This document shows, in pieces, positions 10,439 through 19,063 of a stretch of 35,357 nucleotides of DNA; the stretch's first letter is position 1, and each line of letters begins with the position of its first letter. Location: positions 1 to 35,357 of the forward strand of contig JAXGTM010000003.1 in assembly GCA_040774925.1 (NCBI GenBank), in the 5' to 3' direction. Position numbers and translations under genes: made by a program. The stretch is from Atribacterota bacterium (GTDB taxonomy: Bacteria; Atribacterota; Phoenicimicrobiia; Phoenicimicrobiales; Stramentimicrobiaceae). The notes under the pieces are model-generated. The model was not told the origin of the DNA, ran no database searches, and saw only the letters and a list, made by a program, of their open reading frames with translations.

Positions 10439-10505
10439 AAATATATTTTTTAAATACTCGTTTCTAAAATGTGCCAGCATTAGAAAAAATAAGGAGATAT
10501 TAAAA

Positions 10506-11717
10506 ATGCAAATTAACTCAAAATTATTAGAAAAATATTATCAGGAGATAGAAGAAAAAAGTAGGAATAATTTAGATAAAACAATAAAAAAAATAATTGA
10601 GGTAAAGAAAAAAGGTGGGAACATTATGGTAGTTACCGGTAGTGGTCCCAATATTCACGAAGGTGTTACCACATTAATTTCTGAATTGATGGATAAGAGC
10701 ATCATAGATAGTGTTAGTACCAGTTCTGCTGTAATTGCTCATGAAATGGCAGGAAGTTTAGATAAGGTTAAAAGGGTCAAGGTGGATAAATTAGGGATCC
10801 AATTCGATAAGAGCATAATTCCCAGAGGAGATTTTTTTGAACTCACTCAAATGGAGCAAGGATATTTAGATAAACTGAAGGAAGAGATGATTTTAGATGA
10901 ATCCTTGTTAGAAAAATTAGAATCCGCTGATGGTGACATTATTATAAAGGCAGCAGGAAACATGGCATACCCTATGGGTCTAAGAACTGAAAATCTCTCT
11001 CGTGATATATTCCACATTGCTCAAACATATAATTTACCTTTTGAGGAAGTGGCTGGTTGGGCAGCAGATAAAAAGACCATGATAGGAAAAGGGGCAGAGA
11101 AATCCCTGCCGGTAATCGTTACTGTGCCTCAGCTTGTCGGAGGGGGAATGGTAGGTATCTTACTTGCTGATAGTATTTCTATATCGGAGAGATCGATGCG
11201 TATTGCCAGGATGTTAGAAGAGGCGGATATTATTATAGAATCAGCAGTTGCCTTAACTCAAGAGATACATGATGGTCCTTTTGAATGTTATACAGGTCAT
11301 GGAATATGGTCTCATTGGAACGGAATTAACACTTATAGTCTGAGAGAAAAAACTATTATCAGGATTGATTTGGACCAGAACCTGATGACAGCTAAGTTGA
11401 TGGAGATTGAAAATAAAAAGATTCAAGAATCTATAAACAAAGGATTACCCAAGACCAAGGTTACCGGTATACCATTTCGAATGGAGATGTCAGCTTTTGC
11501 CCGTCATGAATATAGCATTCCCATAGTCGGTGATATTGGGAAAATCTGGCCCATAATAGCCTACAGGGTTGCCGATGAACTCGGTATTGATCTTGATTTT
11601 ATCAGCTACCCTCAGGAATCTGAAGAAGGTAAGAATATGAGAGAGTGGATTGTAGAACACGTTAAACCTATTGATAGGACAGAACTTTTGAAACAGGCTC
11701 AGCGATATAAATTATAA
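10506..11717 (+). CDS. Uncharacterised protein with deoxyhypusine-synthase (DHS)-like NAD-binding fold
   Basis: Start re-called to ATG 10506 (SD AAGGAG at 10491-10496), 403 aa. Segments NIHEGVTTLISELMDKSIIDSVSTSSAVIAHE, KTMIGKGAEKSLPVIV and IVGDIGKIWPII line up by eye with DHS-family patterns; no SWGK catalytic-Lys motif. Confidence 0.6.
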   Translation: MQINSKLLEKYYQEIEEKSRNNLDKTIKKIIEVKKKGGNIMVVTGSGPNIHEGVTTLISELMDKSIIDSVSTSSAVIAHEMAGSLDKVKRVKVDKLGIQFDKSIIPRGDFFELTQMEQGYLDKLKEEMILDESLLEKLESADGDIIIKAAGNMAYPMGLRTENLSRDIFHIAQTYNLPFEEVAGWAADKKTMIGKGAEKSLPVIVTVPQLVGGGMVGILLADSISISERSMRIARMLEEADIIIESAVALTQEIHDGPFECYTGHGIWSHWNGINTYSLREKTIIRIDLDQNLMTAKLMEIENKKIQESINKGLPKTKVTGIPFRMEMSAFARHEYSIPIVGDIGKIWPIIAYRVADELGIDLDFISYPQESEEGKNMREWIVEHVKPIDRTELLKQAQRYKL

Positions 11718-11743
11718 TTTATTTTGAAAGGAGTAAATACAAT

Positions 11744-12487
11744 ATGAAAGTAGTAGGTATTATTCCTGCCCGATATAGTTCAACCAGATTACCGGGAAAA
11801 CCCTTAAAAGATATTGGTGGGAAAACGATGATTCAAAGGGTATATGAGAGTGTGAGAAAATCTAAATTATTGGATGATGTGATTGTAGCCACAGATGACC
11901 AGAGAATATTTGACGAGGTGTTAGGATTTAAAGGGAAAGTTGCAATGACTTCAAAAGACCACCCCAATGGAACTTCTAGAATTGCAGAGGTTGTAAAAGA
12001 TATGGATATAGATGTGGCAATAAATATTCAGGGAGATGAACCTTTTATTTCTAATGAGATGATAGATGAATTAACAGGAACATTAACAGAAAACGCTGAT
12101 ATAAATATGGCTACTCTATGCTATCAACTTAATGATGAAAAAAAGTTTAAAGACCATAATGTGGTAAAAGTGGTATGTGATGTTAATGGTAATGCTTTAT
12201 ATTTTAGCCGTTCTTTAATTCCATATCCCAGAAAAGAAATTAATTTTAAGGTATATGAACACGTAGGAATTTATGGTTATCGAAAACCATTTCTTCAGGA
12301 ATTTGTGGAATTAGAAGATACACCCTTATCACTCATAGAATCATTGGAGCAATTAAAAGCCTTAGAGTATGGTTACAAAATACATGTTGTTGAGACCAAG
12401 TACAACTATGTGGCCCTGAGCATTGATACACAAGAAGATTTAGAAGAGGCCAGGAGAATTATTAAAGAAAGCAAAGAAATTATTTAA
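11744..12487 (+). CDS. kdsB: 3-deoxy-manno-octulosonate cytidylyltransferase (CMP-Kdo synthetase)
   Basis: IIPARYSSTRLPGKPL, VATDD, GTSRIAE, NIQGDEP, ALYFSRSLIPY, HVGIYGYR, ESLEQL, SIDTQEDL. Confidence 0.93.
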   Translation: MKVVGIIPARYSSTRLPGKPLKDIGGKTMIQRVYESVRKSKLLDDVIVATDDQRIFDEVLGFKGKVAMTSKDHPNGTSRIAEVVKDMDIDVAINIQGDEPFISNEMIDELTGTLTENADINMATLCYQLNDEKKFKDHNVVKVVCDVNGNALYFSRSLIPYPRKEINFKVYEHVGIYGYRKPFLQEFVELEDTPLSLIESLEQLKALEYGYKIHVVETKYNYVALSIDTQEDLEEARRIIKESKEII

Positions 12488-12581
12488 ATTTAGAGGTCTA
12501 TCTTATATAAAAATATATAAGATGAGATCTTCTCTTCAAAGAACAGAACAAAAAGTATCATGAAACCTGGAGTGTAAAGAA

Positions 12582-13034
12582 ATGATTATAGATGTTTTGG
12601 AAAATGCCACTATGTATATGCAAATAAACAACAGATTTGGAAAAGCCTTTGATTTTTTAAAAAATACCAATCTCTTAGAACTAAACTCTGGAAAGTATGA
12701 AATAGAGGGAAATGAAATCTATGCCTCAGTAGATACCTATTATACTGTACCTAAAGAAAAAAAAATGTGGGAAGCGCATCGGCGTTATATCGATATACAA
12801 TTCTTAATTAAAAATAGCGAACAAATGGGTTATGCCCATCTGGAACAGATGAAACAAATCACAGAATATGATGAAGATAAAGACATAGTATTTTATGAAG
12901 GGAATGGTAATTTTTTTACGGTTAATCCAGGAACTTTTGTGATTTTCTTTCCTCAGGATGCACATATGCCAGGTGTTGAAATAGAAAAATCAAAAGAAAT
13001 AAAAAAGATTGTAATAAAAGTTCTTGCAGATTAA
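12582..13034 (+). CDS. YhcH/YjgK/YiaL (NanQ-like) family protein
   Basis: 150 aa; WEAHRRYIDIQF, YDEDKDI, FVIFFPQDAHMPG, IKKIVIKV. Confidence 0.92.
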   Translation: MIIDVLENATMYMQINNRFGKAFDFLKNTNLLELNSGKYEIEGNEIYASVDTYYTVPKEKKMWEAHRRYIDIQFLIKNSEQMGYAHLEQMKQITEYDEDKDIVFYEGNGNFFTVNPGTFVIFFPQDAHMPGVEIEKSKEIKKIVIKVLAD

Positions 13035-13086
13035 CAGTGATTTGTTATTTATAAGATAAAACTAATAATTTAAGAGGTAAAGTAAA

Positions 13087-13980
13087 ATGAAGAGAATGAA
13101 AAACCTTGTAGTCCCTACCATTACTCCATTTGAAGAAAATGGTGATATTGATATTGAAGCAACAAAATCCCATTACGATTTTTTACTTAAAGCAGGAGTG
13201 AAGAATTTTTACATTTTAGGAACAACCGGCGAAGTATTCTTAATGAATAAAGAAGAGAGAAAAAAAACGGCAGAAATAATAGTTGATTTTGTTGGGAATA
13301 AGGGAAATGTTTTTATTCATATTGGTGCTCAGCCAACTGTAGATGCTTGCGAATTGGCCGCACATGCAGAAAATATTGGAGCAGCAGGGGTAGGAGCAGT
13401 AACTCCATTCTATTTTAAGTTCAGCCAAATCGAATTAGAGGAGTATTATCTATCTATAGCAAAGAGTGTAAAAGAAGACTTTCCCGTTTATTTGTATAAT
13501 CTACCTGGTTGTACCACAAATGATTTGCTGCCGGAAACTGTATCTAAATTGGCCAGAGTAGATAATATAATAGGAATAAAAAACAGTATGTCTGATATCT
13601 TCAGACTAACCCGATTAGTTGATGAAACACCTGAAGATTTTGATGTAATTATAGGTTCAGATCCCATAATTTTACCTGCTATGCTTTCTGGAGCTAAAGG
13701 GAGTGTATCTGGAAATGCCAATGTATTCCCTGAGGTATTTTTAGGATTATTCCAGGCATTAGAAGAAAATAATTACGAAAAAGCTCATCAAAAACAGATT
13801 GCCATAAAGAATATTGCAATGGCTTTAAAAGATGGTGCAAATCTGGCGTATTTTAAAGAGGCTCTTGTTCACAGAGGCTTTAAAAAGACCTTTACCAGAA
13901 AACCGATATTGGGACTTAGCCAGGAAGAAAAAGATCAGTTAAAGGTTGATATGCAAAGAATTATTGAAAATTACCTTTGA
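13087..13980 (+). CDS. DHDPS/N-acetylneuraminate-lyase-family class I aldolase; candidate Kdo aldolase
   Basis: TITPF, LGTTGE (pyruvate-carboxylate loop), YLYNLP (catalytic Tyr), IGIKNS (Schiff-base Lys). Substrate is inferred from context only. Confidence 0.88.
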   Translation: MKRMKNLVVPTITPFEENGDIDIEATKSHYDFLLKAGVKNFYILGTTGEVFLMNKEERKKTAEIIVDFVGNKGNVFIHIGAQPTVDACELAAHAENIGAAGVGAVTPFYFKFSQIELEEYYLSIAKSVKEDFPVYLYNLPGCTTNDLLPETVSKLARVDNIIGIKNSMSDIFRLTRLVDETPEDFDVIIGSDPIILPAMLSGAKGSVSGNANVFPEVFLGLFQALEENNYEKAHQKQIAIKNIAMALKDGANLAYFKEALVHRGFKKTFTRKPILGLSQEEKDQLKVDMQRIIENYL

Positions 13981-14307
13981 GATTTTTAACACCTATTGCC
14001 GGTAATTAAATATAGTTTTTGTATTTTTAGAATTATTTTCAGAGATGGGTATTTTGCTCACAAGATTGTTTTACTACTCGAATGACAGGACAATTATGTT
14101 ATTAAATGCATTACATCAATGATCTCTTCAGAATCAATGATGATTTTTTTGAAATAGGGTATGATGATAAAATTGTCTTGGCTGAGGTAAATTATCTGGT
14201 TTTATTTTGTTGTGTAATTATTACTGAACTGACAGAACGCTATCTTAGCGGTTAGTATAATTAAAAAATATTTATACTACAAAAATTTAATAGAGAGGAG
14301 CTATAAA

Positions 14308-16095
14308 ATGAACTTTGAAAACAGATTAATCGGCTCACTTCCCCGAGTGGGGATAAGACCAATTATAGATGGAAGAAGAAGGGGAGTACGTGAATCTCTG
14401 GAAGATCAGACTATGAGAATGGCGAAAAGGGCAGCCAATTTGATAAGTTCACATTTGCATCATCCTAATGGTTTGCCGGTAGAGTGTGTTATTGCAGATA
14501 CTACTATAGGAGGAGCGGCAGAAGCTGCAAAATGTGCTGATAAATTTTCTCGTTCCAATGTTGGAGTATCTTTCAGTGTTACACCCTGTTGGTGCTATGG
14601 TATGGAAACAATCGATATGGACCCCTCTCTGCCAAAGGCTATCTGGGGATTTAATGGAACTGAAAGACCTGGTGCTGTTTACCTGGCAGCAGCACTGGCT
14701 GGGCATGATCAGCTGGGGTTGCCTGCTTTTGGTATTTATGGAAAAGAAGTAATGGATGCTGATGATGAAAGTATCCCGGAGGATGTTAAAGAAAAGATAT
14801 TGCAATTTGTCAAAGCAGGATTAGCAGTTGCATTTATGAAGGGAAAATCTTACCTTTCTTTAGGCAGTGTATCAATGGGGATTGCCGGTTCACTGGTAAG
14901 CCCGGAATTTTTAAAAGACTACCTGGGAATGCGAACTGAATTCGTAGATATGTCTGAATTTGTACGTAGGATGGAAGAGGGTATCTTTGATAAAGAGGAA
15001 TATCAGAAAGCATTGACCTGGGTAAAAGAAAACTGCAGGGAAGGTGAAGATAGAAATAAAGAGAGTATCAGACATTCTGCCCAACAAAAGGAAAAAGAAT
15101 GGGAAATAGTGGTTAAGATGACTCTCATTGCCCGGGATTTAATGGTCGGTAATAAGAGATTGGCAGAGATTGGTTATCCTGAGGAAGCAGAGGGACATAA
15201 TGCTATTGCCGCTGGATTCCAGGGACAGAGACAATGGACTGATCATTTCCCCAATGGAGACTTTACCGAGACGATACTAAATACTTCTTTTGATTGGAAT
15301 GGTATTCGTGAGCCATTTACTTTTGCCACAGAAAATGATTGCCTGAATGGAATTGCTATGTTGTGGAACCACCTGCTGAGTAATAGAGCACAGATTTTTT
15401 CGGATGTACGAACCTTCTGGAGCCCTGAATCGGTAAAAAGGGTTACCGGTAAAAAGTTGAATGGAAAAGCAGAGAATGGAATTATACACCTCATTAATTC
15501 TGGTGCTACAACTCTTGATGCTACCGGTCAGCAGAAGGAAAATGGTCGTTCAGTAATGAAACAATTCTGGGAAATAAATGAACAAGATATCAAGGCATGT
15601 CTTGAGAATACCAGGTGGAGTCCGGCTAGTTTGGAGTATTTTCGAGGAGGAGGTTTTTCTTCTACTTTCTGGACGCGTGGCGAAATGCCTGTAACAATGT
15701 CGCGAATTAATCTGATTAAAGGGCTGGGTCCTGTTTTACAGATTGCCGAAGGCTATACAGTGGAATTACCAGATGATATTAGCTATATTTTAACTGAACG
15801 AACCGATCCCACCTGGCCGACTACCTGGTTTGTACCTAGATTAACCAATAAGGGAGCTTTTCGAGATGTTTATTCTGTAATGAATTTTTGGGGTGCCAAT
15901 CATGGCGCAATCAGTTATGGACATATAGGAAAAGATTTAATTACTTTAGCTTCTCTATTAAGAATTCCAGTTGCCATGCACAATGTACCTGAAGATAAGA
16001 TCTTCAGACCCAAGGCCTGGAGTGCCTTTGGAACACAGGATTTAGAAAGTTCAGACTTCAGAGCATGTCAAAATTTTGGACCACTCTATAGATGA
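14308..16095 (+). CDS. fucI: L-fucose/D-arabinose isomerase
   Basis: 595 aa; [43 protein letters not shown], metal ligands in ATEND, SDVRT and WGANH. Confidence 0.97.
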   Translation: MNFENRLIGSLPRVGIRPIIDGRRRGVRESLEDQTMRMAKRAANLISSHLHHPNGLPVECVIADTTIGGAAEAAKCADKFSRSNVGVSFSVTPCWCYGMETIDMDPSLPKAIWGFNGTERPGAVYLAAALAGHDQLGLPAFGIYGKEVMDADDESIPEDVKEKILQFVKAGLAVAFMKGKSYLSLGSVSMGIAGSLVSPEFLKDYLGMRTEFVDMSEFVRRMEEGIFDKEEYQKALTWVKENCREGEDRNKESIRHSAQQKEKEWEIVVKMTLIARDLMVGNKRLAEIGYPEEAEGHNAIAAGFQGQRQWTDHFPNGDFTETILNTSFDWNGIREPFTFATENDCLNGIAMLWNHLLSNRAQIFSDVRTFWSPESVKRVTGKKLNGKAENGIIHLINSGATTLDATGQQKENGRSVMKQFWEINEQDIKACLENTRWSPASLEYFRGGGFSSTFWTRGEMPVTMSRINLIKGLGPVLQIAEGYTVELPDDISYILTERTDPTWPTTWFVPRLTNKGAFRDVYSVMNFWGANHGAISYGHIGKDLITLASLLRIPVAMHNVPEDKIFRPKAWSAFGTQDLESSDFRACQNFGPLYR

Positions 16096-16253
16096 AATAA
16101 TAAATGGTAGAAATATTATTTAATTTCCTGATCTTTATTCTATAAATTTAGTTAAGTAAGGAGTAAACCAGGATAGGATAGAGGTGCAAAATCTTAATGG
16201 GTCCCTTGTCCGTTGTGTTAGAACGCCAATTCTGTCTGGTGGTAAATAGAAAA

Positions 16254-16354
16254 GCAGACCTGTCTCATAAAGAGAAAAAATATAAACTATTTTAAAGAGG
16301 CAGGTCTGCCAGTTATAAAATAATGACCTGTCATAGGGACGGTTCTTCTGACAG
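16254..16354. repeat. Cluster of inverted repeats, REP/MITE-like
   Basis: GCAGACCTGTCTC (16254-16266) pairs with GAGGCAGGTCTGC (16297-16309); CTGTCA-tagggacggttcttc-TGACAG (16328-16354); GACCTGTC occurs at 16257 and 16325. Confidence 0.5.
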
Positions 16355-16541
16355 ACTATTATTTTGTAAATAATTAGAAAAATTTACCTACTGATATTTT
16401 CAATGAGGTTAAGATGCACTCTAAATTTACAATTTCAAGAATGAGTAAAAATAAGCAGATAATTGAGAATTATATTACAAAAAAAGATAGATAATTCTAT
16501 TTAAAATCGTATTGAAATAATTTAAACTAATACCTACTTAA

Positions 16542-16570
16542 TTGACATTAAAAAAGAAGCGATATATACT
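16542..16570 (+). promoter_or_regulatory. Sigma70-type promoter of the second TRAP operon
   Basis: TTGACA (16542-16547), 17 bp, TATACT (16565-16570). Confidence 0.75.
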
Positions 16571-16648
16571 TTATTAAGGTAATGTAAGTTTTTTATTTTT
16601 CATAATAGTTTATATATAGTAGTTTAAACTGATGAAAAAGGGGGAAAT

Positions 16649-17386
16649 ATGCTTTATCCTGTAAAAGAGACACCAGAATTTGAAGGAAAAGAGATACTAT
16701 ATGGTTTGAATGAAAATAGTACTAATGAGGAGATAAAAGCAAAGGCATTTGAACTTTTAAAGAAAGTTAGGAGTATGCCTGCTGCAACCGTAAAAGATGG
16801 ATTACCTGAAATACGGGTAATCGATTTTTGTTTACTATCAGACGGTTATTTTTATTTTATCGCATCTAAAGGTAAGAATATTCATGAGCAGCTTATGAAA
16901 ACTCCATATATTGCCCTTTGTGAGAGGATAGAGAGATGGTATGCTGTACGGTTGATGGCACATGTTACTCCTGTAATGGATAAAGAGGTGTGGGATGAAT
17001 TTTTCCTCTATAATCAGGGTTCAGCATCGATGTATGCTTCAAATCCTCATCTGTTAGAATTATTCAGACTCGATGCGGGAGAAGGTGAGATTTTTCATCT
17101 CTACCATGATAAAAGATTGAAACGTGCCCGCTTTGCTTTTGGAGGAATGGAAGTAAAACCAATGAACTATACCATAACTGACCGGTGTACAGGTTGTGGT
17201 ATATGCTTAGAAGTCTGTATGGAATCCTCCATAGTAGAAGATGGTGATAAATATAGAATATCTTATATGGATTGTAATGATTGCGGCAAATGTTATGTAG
17301 TCTGTCCGGAACAAGCTATTGATTGCCGGTTATATAATGAAGAGTGGCATGAAAGGATGATGAAAAGTTTAGAGTTGAATAACTAA
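16649..17386 (+). CDS. Pyridoxamine-5'-phosphate-oxidase-like (FMN split-barrel) domain fused to a 2x[4Fe-4S] ferredoxin domain
   Basis: N-terminal ATVKDGLPEIRVID..YFIASKGK..QLMKTP; C-terminal CTGCGICLEVC and CNDCGKCYVVCP. Confidence 0.8.
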   Translation: MLYPVKETPEFEGKEILYGLNENSTNEEIKAKAFELLKKVRSMPAATVKDGLPEIRVIDFCLLSDGYFYFIASKGKNIHEQLMKTPYIALCERIERWYAVRLMAHVTPVMDKEVWDEFFLYNQGSASMYASNPHLLELFRLDAGEGEIFHLYHDKRLKRARFAFGGMEVKPMNYTITDRCTGCGICLEVCMESSIVEDGDKYRISYMDCNDCGKCYVVCPEQAIDCRLYNEEWHERMMKSLELNN

Positions 17387-17451
17387 TAAAATAATAAAGT
17401 ACTCAGGGAATAATTTGTTATAAATATCATATTAAAAGGAAGGTATTTTAT

Positions 17452-18462
17452 ATGAAAAAGAAGTATGTTATTCTTTTAGTTGTGCTTGTTCTTCTAACAT
17501 CGGTATTTGTTTCTTATGGTAATGAGGTAAAAAAAATTAGATTAGGCCATTCAGGACCTCCTGGCTCAAGCATCGATGTGGGTGTACAGAATATTGCTAA
17601 AGAAATAAAAGAAAAGACTGATGGTGCGTTAGTTATTGAGATTTATCCAGGTGCTCAACTAGGAGATGAAAATGTAATGCTCGATTCTCTAATGAGTGGT
17701 ACTCTAGATATGGATTTAGCAGGTACGCCAATTATGGCGAATGTAATGCCTGAATTCAATATGCTCTCTATGCCATTTTTATTCAGAAATACAGATGAAT
17801 TCTTTGCAATAGTTAATAGCAAAGATTTCATAGAGAAATGTAATGAGTTAACAATTCCCAAAGGCATTGTCCTTCTCGGATTTCCCAATGGAGAAATGCG
17901 TGGATTATCCAACGTTAAACGAGAAGTAAGAACTCCTGAGGATTTAAAAGGTCTAAATCTAAGGGTTATGGCTGGACCCCTATATACCGATATATTCAAA
18001 GCGATGGGTGCAATGACGACAACACTTGCCTTTGGAGAAGTATACTCAGGATTACAACAGGGCGTAATAGATGGGGAAGATAATGGAATTAATATGCTTG
18101 ACATGATGAAATTTATGGAAGTTGAAAAATTCCATACTGCTCTTGGGCATACTATCCAGACAAATCCCATTTTAATAAATAAAAAACTTTGGGATAGATT
18201 GCCTGAAGAGCAACAGAAAATTATGAAAGATGTCATTTTTGCTCAAGCTCAGGCATATCCGGAAGAAATACTAAAACCTCAGATAGAAGCATCTAAGAAA
18301 AAGGTTGAAGAAAATGGAGTAAAAGTAGTAATGGAACTGACCCAGGAAGAATATGAAGCCTTTAAAAACTCTGTTTCTTCTGTATATGATAAATATAAAC
18401 CTGAAATTGGTGATGATTTCTATGAATATGTTATGAATCAGATAGATTCATATCGTAAATAG
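17452..18462 (+). CDS. dctP: TRAP transporter substrate-binding protein
   Basis: Signal peptide, IEIYPGAQLG, PFLF, DLKGLNLRVM, FGEVYSGLQQGVIDGEDN. Confidence 0.93.
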   Translation: MKKKYVILLVVLVLLTSVFVSYGNEVKKIRLGHSGPPGSSIDVGVQNIAKEIKEKTDGALVIEIYPGAQLGDENVMLDSLMSGTLDMDLAGTPIMANVMPEFNMLSMPFLFRNTDEFFAIVNSKDFIEKCNELTIPKGIVLLGFPNGEMRGLSNVKREVRTPEDLKGLNLRVMAGPLYTDIFKAMGAMTTTLAFGEVYSGLQQGVIDGEDNGINMLDMMKFMEVEKFHTALGHTIQTNPILINKKLWDRLPEEQQKIMKDVIFAQAQAYPEEILKPQIEASKKKVEENGVKVVMELTQEEYEAFKNSVSSVYDKYKPEIGDDFYEYVMNQIDSYRK

Positions 18463-18477
18463 ATAATAGCAATAAGC

Positions 18478-18501
18478 AGGCGGCAAAGTATTTTGCCGCC
18501 T
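18478..18501 (+). other. Intercistronic stem-loop after second dctP
   Basis: AGGCGGCAAA-gtat-TTTGCCGCCT, a perfect 10-bp stem. Confidence 0.75.
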
Positions 18502-18548
18502 CTTCTATTCTTATACATACAATTTATATATTCGGGAAGAAATAGAAA

Positions 18549-19058
18549 TTGAAGAAGCTGAAAAACATTTTTACACAAACTGAGATGGTAATAGTAACCA
18601 TACCTTTATTTATGCTTTGTATTCTTACCGTTGTACAGATAATAATGCGTACTATTTTTAAGACAGGAATTCACTGGCTCGAAGAGTTTGGCAGGTATAT
18701 ACTGCTCTACAGCACATTCATTGGAGCTGGAATTGCCATAAAAAGTGATGAACATCCACGAATGACAGCAATCATCGCAGTATTGCCGGAGAAAATGGCA
18801 TACATTGTTAATATATTAGGTGATTTAATATGTGCTACAATTTTGCTGGTTTTAGATTACTATGCCTGGATACAGGTAATAAATGTGTTTGTTCGTGGAA
18901 CCCGTACCTCAACTCTTCCTCTTCCCATGTGGATTGTGTATGCAATATTGCCTGTAGCTATGATTATAATGTCTGTCCGTTACATAGCTTCAGCTAGAGA
19001 TAAATTTATATTATTAAAAAAATTAAAAAATCTAAAAGATAAAGGAAGAGGAGAATAG
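18549..19058 (+). CDS. dctQ: TRAP transporter small permease
   Basis: QIIMR..WLEEFGRY..FIGAGIAIKSDEH; four hydrophobic segments. Confidence 0.92.
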   Translation: MKKLKNIFTQTEMVIVTIPLFMLCILTVVQIIMRTIFKTGIHWLEEFGRYILLYSTFIGAGIAIKSDEHPRMTAIIAVLPEKMAYIVNILGDLICATILLVLDYYAWIQVINVFVRGTRTSTLPLPMWIVYAILPVAMIIMSVRYIASARDKFILLKKLKNLKDKGRGE

Positions 19059-19063
19059 GGCAT

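Noticed and set aside
10428-10505. Longer N-terminus of the DHS-like ORF given in the track
   Set aside because: Overlaps dctM and lacks an SD; ATG 10506 has AAGGAG.
13087-13980. Calling this gene dapA or nanA
   Set aside because: No lysine-biosynthesis or nanK/nanE neighbours; family motifs alone do not fix the substrate.
14115-14141. Direct repeat ATCAATGAT x2 upstream of fucI
   Set aside because: Short and AT-rich with no second occurrence or cognate regulator; could be chance.
16146-16250. AGAGGTGC suggesting a lysine riboswitch, and a gapped resemblance (ATTTAGTTAAG...GGATAGG...AAAATCTT) to minus-strand 23478-23526
   Set aside because: The remaining riboswitch helices are not evident, and the resemblance needs several gaps in AT-rich DNA, so it cannot be supported without a search.
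17655-18236. 193-aa antisense ORF and the other short ORFs overlapping major genes (e.g. 14449-14805, 21247-21573, 29911-30219)
   Set aside because: Shadow frames of well-supported genes with no family motifs.
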